Shown here: in pieces, positions 1-8,419 of the stretch | Layout: each line of letters starts with the position of its first letter | Numbering within the stretch: position 1 is the first letter of the stretch | DNA from: Flavobacteriales bacterium | GTDB taxonomy: Bacteria > Bacteroidota > Bacteroidia > CAIKAF01 | Assembly (NCBI GenBank): GCA_044345355.1 | Contig: JBIJBG010000003.1 | Span: 1-40,232 of the forward strand | Direction: 5' to 3' | DNA length: 40,232 nt | Notes under the pieces: model-generated | What the model was told of the DNA's origin: nothing | What the model saw: the letters and a program-made list of their open reading frames with translations, nothing else | The model's database searches: none | Translations under genes and position numbers: made by a program

Positions 1-525
1 GGGTGTTCCGGCCGGAATGCTGACAGCTCCTGTTACCGGATTCATGGCAGGAACATTTGCCCCTGCAGTAAGTGGTGCAGCGGGAGTTAAAATTGTACCC
101 GTAATGGCTGAAACACTCAACGGTGATCCGTTCAGAGAGTCATTGGCATATGCATTGCCCGCATTCGAATTTCCGGCAAAGCCGTTAATACCCGAATAGG
201 TATCATTAACCGCGTTAATTACAGCCGCGACAACCGTTACCGTGATGGTCGCATTGTCACAGTTTGTGGAATTGAGGTTCTCACAAATCTGATACGTTAT
301 GACATAGGTACCTGCGGGTGTTCCGGCCGGAATGCTGACAACTCCTGTTACCGGATTCATGGCAGGAACATTTGCCCCTGCAGTAAGTGGTGCAGCGGGA
401 GTTAAAATTGTACCCGTAATGGCTGAAACACTCAACGGTGAACCGTTCAGAGAGTCATTGGCATATGCATTGCCCGCATTCGAATTTCCGGCAAAGCCGT
501 TAATACCCGAATAGGTTTCATTAAC
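1..525. repeat. Intragenic direct repeat with 315-bp period
   Basis: 1..210 matches 316..525 with 3 mismatches seen by eye; duplicated 60-aa antisense ORFs at 17..199 and 332..514 reflect the same repeat. Confidence 0.95.
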
Positions 526-2874
526 TGCAATGATTGGGGAAGGAACGACTAATACCGAAGCAACGGCCTGATCACAGTTCGATGGATCTGATAACTCGCA
601 AATTTGATAGTTAATCGTGTATGTACCCGCCGGTGTAGCCGATCCCACTGTTATGGATCCATCCGGATTAAGTGTAAGTTCCGGGCTCTGGGAGATAACA
701 GTTAATGAAACGGTTGTCAAATTTGGCTGATTACCGTTCAATTGGTCGTTAGCAAGCACACTCGGAGTGGTACCGCCATCCAAACTTTCAAATGGACCAT
801 AACTGTCCGCATTGGCAATAATCAGACTTACAGGAGTTATCGTTACTGACGATAAATTATCCGTAGTGTCAGGATCATTTTCTACCGCACTTACCAAAGC
901 GGTATTCAAATAATTGCCCGATGTCAAAACCTGAGCAAAAATTTGCAATTGTGCGGAGGCTCCATTAGCCAAAGATGCTATAGACCATAAACCTGAACTT
1001 GAATTATATGAACCCGTAGAAGCATTGAAACTAACCAACGCATAACCTGTAGGTAAAGCCTCAATAATTTCAACATTTGAAGCGCTATTTGGACCATTAT
1101 TTACTACCGTTATCGTAAAAGTAACCGTGTCACCAACAGTAGGGCTCGTCGGTAGAACTGTTTTTTGCACCTGCAAGTCAGCATCGCAGTTTACGGCTGA
1201 AATATCTAACGTAATAGGTGGAGGAATCTGACCACAATCGTTGGCTCCGAGTTGATAACTCAAGGTAACGGTATTGGTATTGTTTAATGTTAAAACATAC
1301 CCCGATACTGTATTGCCCGTCAAGCTGGCATTGCCGGATTGGATACTCAATACGCCTCCGGGAGGATCTACAAAAACATCATACGGAAAACCTACACAAT
1401 AATTGCCGGAATCACTTAAAATAGCCGGAATAATGGAAAGAACGGGAACATCGGTTCCACATATGGGTATCGATGATGTGGCGTAACTGTAAATTGTTTC
1501 CTGTGCATTATCAGCAGTGCCGTTGCCCATACTGCCACTAACCCGGTGTCCCACATATCCGAAATTGAATTTGCATTTTTCAGTTATCATGGTGGTGTGG
1601 CCACCCGTTTTAACGGAAGTAATTTTATCCACTGAAGAGTTTATACCATCCGGAATTCCCGGGTTGGCGGTTGTCAAGGCTCCCCTGCCAATCATGCCAA
1701 AATTATTGTCTCCAAAGCAAAAAATCATTGAATCGCGGTTGATGACATTAACCGCGCTATGACGGCCATCGTTTTCGGAGGGGCTCATCCATGCAATATT
1801 GCCCATGGGCGTACCTGCAGGCGCCGCCGCGTTATACCTCGGACTAACCCAGTTTAATCGATTTGTGGTGGTAAAATCGCCAAGCTGTCTCATTTCATTA
1901 TTTCCGAGGGCATACAAATTCCCGTTCGTCATCAACACATAATAACTATTTCCCGGCGTACCGTTAAATGAGGAGTTAAGACCGATCATTTTTATTGTTT
2001 CGGCGCTGGGTAAATTCATTTGGGCTGCCCTATCCCGGGTTTGAGCAGCCGTATTATTACCCAGATAAGTATCGATACCCCAGGTCCATATCGTTCCATC
2101 AGACCTCAATGCCATGGCAATCTCTCCGGCGTAGCGAATTGCGATTACTCCGCTTAGAGTAGGGCTTCCGGCCGCAGAGGTGGTTACCTGTGACCAGGCA
2201 GTTCCGCTGCCTCCTCCACCCTGTCCTCTGAGTGTTGCATTATCGGATAATACGAAAACGCGGCCATCACAAGTCAAAATCATCAGAGCCCCTAGTCCGG
2301 TGTAAGCGCTGGCCACCATCATTTTCACATTCACGGGGTTTACACCTGCGGGCAATCCATTGGTATTTCCGTTAACGGTAATTTTTTGAAAAGTTGTACT
2401 CGATGTTATATTAGCGTTAATACATACTCCCTCTGTTCCCCAAGCATACAAACCATTTTCAGCCAATACAAAAAACTGTTGGGTATTTGAAGATCTGGAT
2501 CCGCCGGCTACTTTGTAAGGCTTTGCTGTTCCGAGGGCGGGATAGTTGGCGGAATTTAACGTAATGGGGGACAACAGATTAGTGGTTCCATTATTGGCCA
2601 TGCGTTCGCCCCAGACGGAAAAAGATCCGTCGTAAGTACGCACTACCGTGGAATGAAAGGTTGAAACATAATTGTCATATTCAATTGTTGCCGCATTATT
2701 ATCGGCCTTTAAAAAACTGTTGTCGTATTCCGTATTTCCGCAGCCCTCCCCCGGTAAGAAACCACAATTTAAAATTTGTGCGGAAACCGTATTTTCCGAT
2801 GAAAGAAACAGGAGTAACAAACAATAAAAACCATATTGAATGGCCTTATTTTTTGTGTGTAAAAATGTGCTCAT
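1..2874 (-). CDS. Large surface adhesin-like protein, 3'-truncated by window edge (signal peptide, RCC1-like beta-propeller, DUF11 domain, tandem ~105-aa Ig-like repeats)
   Basis: Manual translation from ATG at 2874, frame open to base 1: MSTFLHTKNKAIQYGFYCLLLLFLSSENTVSAQ..., TIEYDNYVSTFHSTVVRT, ALRSDGTIWTWG / NGNLYALGNN (RCC1-like), DADLQVQKTV...VGDTVTFTITVVNNGP...DPDTTDN (DUF11), repeated AGTYxIxYQICE...NCD. Not in the ORF track because it has no stop in the window. Confidence 0.9.
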   Translation of the reverse strand, partial: MSTFLHTKNKAIQYGFYCLLLLFLSSENTVSAQILNCGFLPGEGCGNTEYDNSFLKADNNAATIEYDNYVSTFHSTVVRTYDGSFSVWGERMANNGTTNLLSPITLNSANYPALGTAKPYKVAGGSRSSNTQQFFVLAENGLYAWGTEGVCINANITSSTTFQKITVNGNTNGLPAGVNPVNVKMMVASAYTGLGALMILTCDGRVFVLSDNATLRGQGGGGSGTAWSQVTTSAAGSPTLSGVIAIRYAGEIAMALRSDGTIWTWGIDTYLGNNTAAQTRDRAAQMNLPSAETIKMIGLNSSFNGTPGNSYYVLMTNGNLYALGNNEMRQLGDFTTTNRLNWVSPRYNAAAPAGTPMGNIAWMSPSENDGRHSAVNVINRDSMIFCFGDNNFGMIGRGALTTANPGIPDGINSSVDKITSVKTGGHTTMITEKCKFNFGYVGHRVSGSMGNGTADNAQETIYSYATSSIPICGTDVPVLSIIPAILSDSGNYCVGFPYDVFVDPPGGVLSIQSGNASLTGNTVSGYVLTLNNTNTVTLSYQLGANDCGQIPPPITLDISAVNCDADLQVQKTVLPTSPTVGDTVTFTITVVNNGPNSASNVEIIEALPTGYALVSFNASTGSYNSSSGLWSIASLANGASAQLQIFAQVLTSGNYLNTALVSAVENDPDTTDNLSSVTITPVSLIIANADSYGPFESLDGGTTPSVLANDQLNGNQPNLTTVSLTVISQSPELTLNPDGSITVGSATPAGTYTINYQICELSDPSNCDQAVASVLVVPSPIIAVNETYSGINGFAGNSNAGNAYANDSLNGSPLSVSAITGTILTPAAPLTAGANVPAMNPVTGVVSIPAGTPAGTYVITYQICENLNSTNCDNATITVTVVAAVINAVNDTYSGINGFAGNSNAGNAYANDSLNGSPLSVSAITGTILTPAAPLTAGANVPAMNPVTGAVSIPAGTP

Positions 2875-2895
2875 CTGGTATATAATTGAATTTCT

Positions 2896-3915
2896 TTATT
2901 TTATCTCGAATGGTACATAAAAGGGTTGCACTTGTTGATCAAAATCAACAAAATCGAACGAAACATACGACCCTCGCTTCAAAGTGCCCGATAAACTATA
3001 TTGCAGTATATAAGAGCCTGTTCCAATCATGTAATTATCTAAAATTAATTTACCGGTCATCTCGGCATCAACCCCTGAAACCACGAACGAATTCGGTATT
3101 AAGTGTAATTCATCATTGTAAGTCTCTACCTTTACGGGAATTGATATTCTAATATCCGAAATCAGCCTGCCTGCCGAGATTTCAGAATGGAAAACCAGCT
3201 GATCAACCTCGTATTTTATCTTCGCTTTACCAACATTGACAATTAAAACCTCAGGAATAGCAGGATGGGAACATTCATCGGATTTATGGAGGTGCGATGA
3301 CAAATTAAATTTCACTTTATAAATTCCCGGAGTATTAAATTTAAATTCATACAATTCCTCCTCTTTGCCCGAATCAATCAATAAATCATCCTTATAAATG
3401 CCATACCGCATACCGGATATTCCCTCTTTCAGAAACCGATTTTTGGGAATAGAGGAACCAAAAGACAGTTTCATTGAATCAACAGAAAAAGAAACACCTC
3501 TTATAGCGTGAAGACTACCTTTACTCCTGCTGCCCGCCCCCTTCTGCGGTGTATTAAAGAGATAAACAGTAACGGATTCCTCCCCGTTTCGGGGATAAAA
3601 AGGAGCTCCATGTCCATTAAAAGAAACATGTTTTTGATCTCTGGCTACCTGGCCGATAGGCACTTGGTAATTTGATTCACAATTTACCTTACCGGTAAGG
3701 TAACCCACAAAAAAGGGATTGTTTTCAATTAACGCAGCTGCGTGGCGGAACTCAATTCCTTTTCCATTAGAGAACATGCCGACGGTTCCTTTAGCGGACA
3801 ATTGATAATGCGTACACAGAAATGTAATGAGAATAAGTACCGCACTAAACTGCTTTTGTATCAAGCGCAACATAAATAAATAAATTAAAAGATTGAGATG
3901 CTTAAATTTCATCAA
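2896..3915 (-). CDS. Hypothetical secreted protein, probably cotranscribed with the adhesin
   Basis: 339-aa ORF, hydrophobic N-terminus ending YQLSA-K, beta-rich, HLHKSDECSHP motif; ends 21 bp before the adhesin ATG. Start may be a downstream Met. Confidence 0.8.
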   Translation of the reverse strand: MMKFKHLNLLIYLFMLRLIQKQFSAVLILITFLCTHYQLSAKGTVGMFSNGKGIEFRHAAALIENNPFFVGYLTGKVNCESNYQVPIGQVARDQKHVSFNGHGAPFYPRNGEESVTVYLFNTPQKGAGSRSKGSLHAIRGVSFSVDSMKLSFGSSIPKNRFLKEGISGMRYGIYKDDLLIDSGKEEELYEFKFNTPGIYKVKFNLSSHLHKSDECSHPAIPEVLIVNVGKAKIKYEVDQLVFHSEISAGRLISDIRISIPVKVETYNDELHLIPNSFVVSGVDAEMTGKLILDNYMIGTGSYILQYSLSGTLKRGSYVSFDFVDFDQQVQPFYVPFEIK

Positions 3916-3943
3916 CGGATAAACTCATATTTGAAAACGAGGA

Positions 3944-3963
3944 ATTAAGCACTTGTGCTTAAT
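3944..3963. promoter_or_regulatory. Inverted repeat (putative operator or leader hairpin)
   Basis: ATTAAGCAC-TT-GTGCTTAAT between the putative promoter and the start of 2896..3915. Confidence 0.35.
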
Positions 3964-4021
3964 CAACATTTTTTCCGACTTGTACTTTTAAAAATAGATT
4001 AGACCTGACCGAAATAGGGTG

Positions 4022-4029
4022 CAAAAGTA
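4022..4029 (-). promoter_or_regulatory. Bacteroidota -7 promoter element for the adhesin operon
   Basis: Minus strand TACTTTTG matches TAnnTTTG, in AT-rich intergenic DNA. Confidence 0.55.
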
Positions 4030-4138
4030 TAAAAAAACAAATTAATATGAAATCATAAAAAAAGTACCTTAGGCCTTTCTTACTTTTTAATTATAAAATA
4101 TCGTCTTTTTGAGAGACGGCTTTCATAAACATAAAGCC

Positions 4139-4612
4139 ATGAACCATTTAGGAACACTCCCCTCCAAAGCATCCGAAAAACGAAAGGAACATAGAGCCCT
4201 GCTGGAAAAAGGGGCAAAAAAAATGCCCCTTAACAAGCTTTGGCAAGCGCATAAAGATGCTTTTTCGCGAATCGATTGCCTGGAATGCGCCAATTGCTGC
4301 AAAACACTGGGCCCGCGATTTACCTCGAGTGACATCAGCCGCATCGCAAAAAAGATGCGCATGAAGGATACTGAATTTACGGAAAAATTCCTCCGGGTGG
4401 ATGAAGACGAAGACTACGTAGCCAAATCGCTGCCCTGTCCCTTTCTGGGAGAGGATAACCGCTGCTCCGTTTACGAAGACCGCCCCGGAGACTGCCGTAA
4501 GTACCCTTACACCGATTCGGAGGCTTTTTTTAAATACCCCAAAACCACGTTAAAAAATGCGGCATATTGTCCAGCGGTATTCCATGTCCTGGAAAAACTG
4601 AAAGACATCTGA
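4139..4612 (+). CDS. YkgJ family cysteine-cluster protein
   Basis: CLECANCC...CPFL...C..YEDRP..CRKYP pattern; ATG 4139 preferred over TTG 4109. Confidence 0.9.
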   Translation: MNHLGTLPSKASEKRKEHRALLEKGAKKMPLNKLWQAHKDAFSRIDCLECANCCKTLGPRFTSSDISRIAKKMRMKDTEFTEKFLRVDEDEDYVAKSLPCPFLGEDNRCSVYEDRPGDCRKYPYTDSEAFFKYPKTTLKNAAYCPAVFHVLEKLKDI

Positions 4613-4688
4613 ATCCTTTATTCAGCATGGAGTATAAATCCCATTTTCGCAAAAGTAGTTACCTTGCTTCCATAAAATTCTATCCCGA

Positions 4689-5828
4689 ATGAATGCCATT
4701 CCCGCACTGCTGCTCATTGCCATTATGGGTGCAAGCCACGGCTGCCGTATTAATCCGCCCATAAAGACCGAAAAAACAAAGCCCGAAGAACAGATTGCCC
4801 ACATTAAGCTTCCCGAAGGTTTTTCCATTTCGGTATATGCCCCTGGAATAAAAAATGCTCGGGCTATGGCCCTGGGTGCCGATGGAACGGTATATGCCGG
4901 CTCCCGCAAAGAAGGAAAACTCTATTCCATAAAAGACAAAAACGGTGACGGGAAGGCTGATAAAATAACCGTTTTGGCCACAGGCCTCCATATGCCCACG
5001 GGTGTTGCCTACCACAAAGGCGACCTCTATGTTTCTGAAGTGTCCAGAATTTTGATTTACCGAAAAATAGATACGCATACGGAAAAGGCTCCCGAGCCTG
5101 AAGTTCTTTCTTACTCGTTTCCATCCGATGAGCACCATGGTTGGAAATTTATCGATTTCGGCCCGGATGGCAAATTGTATGTTCCGGTTGGTGCACCCTG
5201 TAATGTATGCGAAAAAGAAGACCAACGCTATTCTTCCATCATGCGGATAAATACGGACGGGACTGAACCCGAAGTGTTTGCCCACGGTGTGCGCAACTCC
5301 GTAGGCTTTGCCTGGCATCCGGAAACGAAAGAACTTTGGTTTACCGACAACGGAAGAGATTGGCTGGGTGATGACATCCCCCCCTGCGAACTGAATCATG
5401 CACCCGCTGCCGGATTACACTTTGGATTTCCCTACTGCCACGGTGGAACCATTTTGGATCCGGAATACGGCAAAGACAAAAAATGTGCGGATTATCGCGC
5501 ACCTGCTCAAAATCTGGGTCCGCATACCGCACCACTCGGTATGTTGTTTTACACCGGCTCCCAATTCCCCGAAAAATACCGAAAAGGCATTTTTATTGCC
5601 GAACACGGATCCTGGAACCGCACTACGCCCATCGGGTATCGGATTACGTTTGTGAAACTTGAGGGAAATAAATCACTGAGTTATGAACCGTTCGCCGAAG
5701 GTTGGCTGCAAAAAGACGGCACACGGACGGGAAGGCCGGTAGATTTGCTGGAATTGCCCGACGGTTCTGTTTTGGTAAGTGATGATTACGGAGACTGCAT
5801 TTATCGTATCCATTACTCGGGGAAATAA
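4689..5828 (+). CDS. Glucose/sorbosone dehydrogenase family beta-propeller protein, probable lipoprotein
   Basis: HHGWKFIDFGPDGKLYVPVGAPCNVC, GVRNSVG, TDNGRD, EHGSWNR, GRPVD motifs; signal ending SHG-C. Confidence 0.9.
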   Translation: MNAIPALLLIAIMGASHGCRINPPIKTEKTKPEEQIAHIKLPEGFSISVYAPGIKNARAMALGADGTVYAGSRKEGKLYSIKDKNGDGKADKITVLATGLHMPTGVAYHKGDLYVSEVSRILIYRKIDTHTEKAPEPEVLSYSFPSDEHHGWKFIDFGPDGKLYVPVGAPCNVCEKEDQRYSSIMRINTDGTEPEVFAHGVRNSVGFAWHPETKELWFTDNGRDWLGDDIPPCELNHAPAAGLHFGFPYCHGGTILDPEYGKDKKCADYRAPAQNLGPHTAPLGMLFYTGSQFPEKYRKGIFIAEHGSWNRTTPIGYRITFVKLEGNKSLSYEPFAEGWLQKDGTRTGRPVDLLELPDGSVLVSDDYGDCIYRIHYSGK

Positions 5829-5843
5829 AACGCCCCTCGTAAA

Positions 5844-6743
5844 TCAACGATTAGGAAGGGGAATAAATGCGGATACCTTTTTCTGGTAGGCTGCATAATC
5901 CGGGCGTTTCCCTATCATCCTTTTTTCCATCATAGGAATGCTGGCTCCAAGAAACATGGATAATAAGACAACAAGCCCGACGCCGGTCCAATAATAGGCA
6001 GGATTTGCCGAAAGTCCCATGAGAAACACGCCGACCCAAAAAAGCCATTCACCGAAATAATTCGGATGACGGCTGTAGGCCCATACGCCAGAACGCATAA
6101 ATTCAGAAGGCTTTTTAATACGCCGCTTAAAAGCATGCATCTGCTCGTCGGCCACGGTTTCTAAAATTACTCCGCACAAGGCAACCGTAAAGGCAAGTAA
6201 ATCAAAAACAGTTATATCTCCGGAATATTCCGCAACCGCAGGATACAAAGGAAGACAAATGGCAAACACCATAAGCGCGGGGAAAAAATGAATAGCCGAA
6301 AAATCAACCAAAAATCCTTTCAATCCTCCCCCTTTTTTTAATTCAATATAGCGGAAATCTTCTACGGAAAATCCGCCCCAATGCCTGGACCAATTTAAGG
6401 TAAGACGTATGGCCCAGATGAAAACGGCAGAAAAAACAAGTATTTGCCTGAAATTCCATCCCGACTCAGAATCTAGAGGTATCAGATACATTAAAAACAG
6501 GGGCGGCGCCACACTCCAGTAGGCATCAAAAAAACTGCTGTTCCTGCTCAGCCGGGCAAAAAGAAATAAAATAAACATACCGACTAAATTGGCGACAAAC
6601 AATTTCCAAAGAGGATGCCAGGCAAGACCTGAAAGACTCTGCAGTATGAAAGCAGAAAAGGCATAACTCACGATATATCCACAGGCAACTGCCAGAAGAG
6701 AAAATGCTTTGGTATAACGGAGCTTCGGTTGTTGTATTTGCAT
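5844..6743 (-). CDS. DUF1295 family membrane protein (steroid 5-alpha-reductase-like clan)
   Basis: NSSFFDAYWSV, EDFRY, LETVADEQM, WAYSRHPNYFGE, SIPMME motifs; multiple TM helices. Confidence 0.9.
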   Translation of the reverse strand: MQIQQPKLRYTKAFSLLAVACGYIVSYAFSAFILQSLSGLAWHPLWKLFVANLVGMFILFLFARLSRNSSFFDAYWSVAPPLFLMYLIPLDSESGWNFRQILVFSAVFIWAIRLTLNWSRHWGGFSVEDFRYIELKKGGGLKGFLVDFSAIHFFPALMVFAICLPLYPAVAEYSGDITVFDLLAFTVALCGVILETVADEQMHAFKRRIKKPSEFMRSGVWAYSRHPNYFGEWLFWVGVFLMGLSANPAYYWTGVGLVVLLSMFLGASIPMMEKRMIGKRPDYAAYQKKVSAFIPLPNR

Positions 6744-6774
6744 ATCAGATATAACACGTGTTGCTAAAAAAAGT

Positions 6775-8404
6775 TCACCGGGGTGGAATTACGGAAACCC
6801 AATACCGATAATCCAACGAGCCGTTTCGGGTAGCCGGATTCAAAAAAGAGAGGGTGAGCAAGGCCGGATGGTGTCTCGGATATTCACAGACAATTGTCGT
6901 GTTATAACCAATCCGTTTTAAATCTTCTACTCCCTCAAGGTCGGTATATAAAAATCGGTTTTGGTAATTGATATCAAAAAAAGTGGACACGTCCGAAGAA
7001 TAATAATAGGGAAAAATACGGTCGGAATAAAACTCCAGAGGATGATCACTTACGCCATATAACGCAAAAAAAGAGCCCGCCGGCGCGGTGTTCACAAAAT
7101 CAGCAGCTCTTTTGCCCGGTTGATAGTTGAGCAACTGCGGATAAAAAATAAGGTTTAATTGAAGATTTGCCCATGCGGCTACAAAAATTCCAACAACTAC
7201 AATCCATTCTCCGGGAAGGATTTTTTTTCTTCCCGAATACACACAAATCATCAACGCGACAATAAAAAAGAACAACAAAAGAAACCAGGTGCCGACCCCA
7301 TTGAACACAAACAGGGAAGCCAGACAGCCGATAAGCGCCAATGCCGTTATCCCTGTTATCAGAAGTCCGACTGCCCATCTGTTCAGTATCCGATTGGTGA
7401 ATACCACAGAAAGAAACCGGGCACTGAATAACGCAGCAAAAGGAAAAGTAACAAATATGTAATGGGGCAGTTTGTAGTGGGATAGAGAAAGAGCCAAAAA
7501 GGGCAGTACAAATCCAAAAAGAGAAAGCACTTCAGGCAAAGAGCGGGATGCATGAAACCGATTTTTAATCATTCGCCGCACACTATCCCCTAAGGCAAGC
7601 AAAGCAAAGGGAAACCAGGGAAGAAAAGCCCAGGGGAACGTGTGAAAAAAATAAAAAAAGGAAGCATCGTTCCGCCATTCATTTTCTCCTGTTATACGAC
7701 CGAAACTTTGGGTCCAAAAGAAAAATTCAGGGCCTTTCAAACCATATTGTTTATATAACCCATAGGTCATGGGAGCTAAAACAGCGACCGTTATAACAAC
7801 CGCCAAAAGCCAAAGCGGCGAAAATGCGGCTTTGCGATTTCGGGAAAAAACAAGCTGGGCAGCAATGGCGGCACCTACCACAATAGCCGCAATGGGGCCT
7901 TTCGCCAACATGGCCATGCCCAAACCTAAGGAGCCCAATACTAAGCCAAGGATACTTTCGTAAGTGATAAACGAAGCAAACTGCCACACGGAAAACAGAA
8001 CAAAAGCCGCCAAAAGGGTATCTGTACGCACATCCTGATTAAACAAAAACCAGGCCTGACAGGACGCGAGAATAAACAAAGCCTTCCACGCTACTTTTCG
8101 GGAGTAATAAAGAAGGAAGTTTATACGCCCATGCCTTATTGCCTAAAATGTCTATGGAAACTGATGAAAGCCAAAACAGCAGAGGCGGTTTATCCAGATA
8201 ATTTTCGTGCCGGTGTTTTACCTGAAGGTATTCTCCCGTCCTGGCCATTTCGGCACTGATTGACGCGTACTGGGCCGCATCCGTTTCCATCACATCCGGA
8301 AAGAGCCCGCACAAATAGGCGGAAAACAGCATGGCCGAAAGTACAAACGTAATCAGTCCCGGCCACGGCGTATCCGCATCTTTCCATTCGGAGTCTGCCC
8401 TCAT
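6775..8404 (-). pseudogene. ArnT/PMT-like (GT-C) glycosyltransferase, frameshifted near 8106-8112
   Basis: N-part (8039..8404) has DAAQYASISAEM and YLDKPPLLFW..AYKLPS; C-part in another frame has DVRTD, AMLAKGP, QSFGRITG, YKLPHY. Could be an assembly artefact. Confidence 0.8.
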
Positions 8405-8419
8405 TGTACTGCCCTATTT

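Noticed and set aside
17-514. Two near-identical 60-aa plus-strand ORFs resembling duplicated peptide precursors
   Set aside because: Antisense shadows of the adhesin's 315-bp repeat.
1-525. Repeat as CRISPR array or DGR template/variable repeat
   Set aside because: In-frame contiguous protein repeat with no spacers, too few mismatches, and no cas or reverse transcriptase gene in the window.
8100-8120. Programmed ribosomal frameshift or phase-variable tract in the ArnT-like gene
   Set aside because: No long homopolymer or slippery heptamer at the junction, and sequence appears to be missing.
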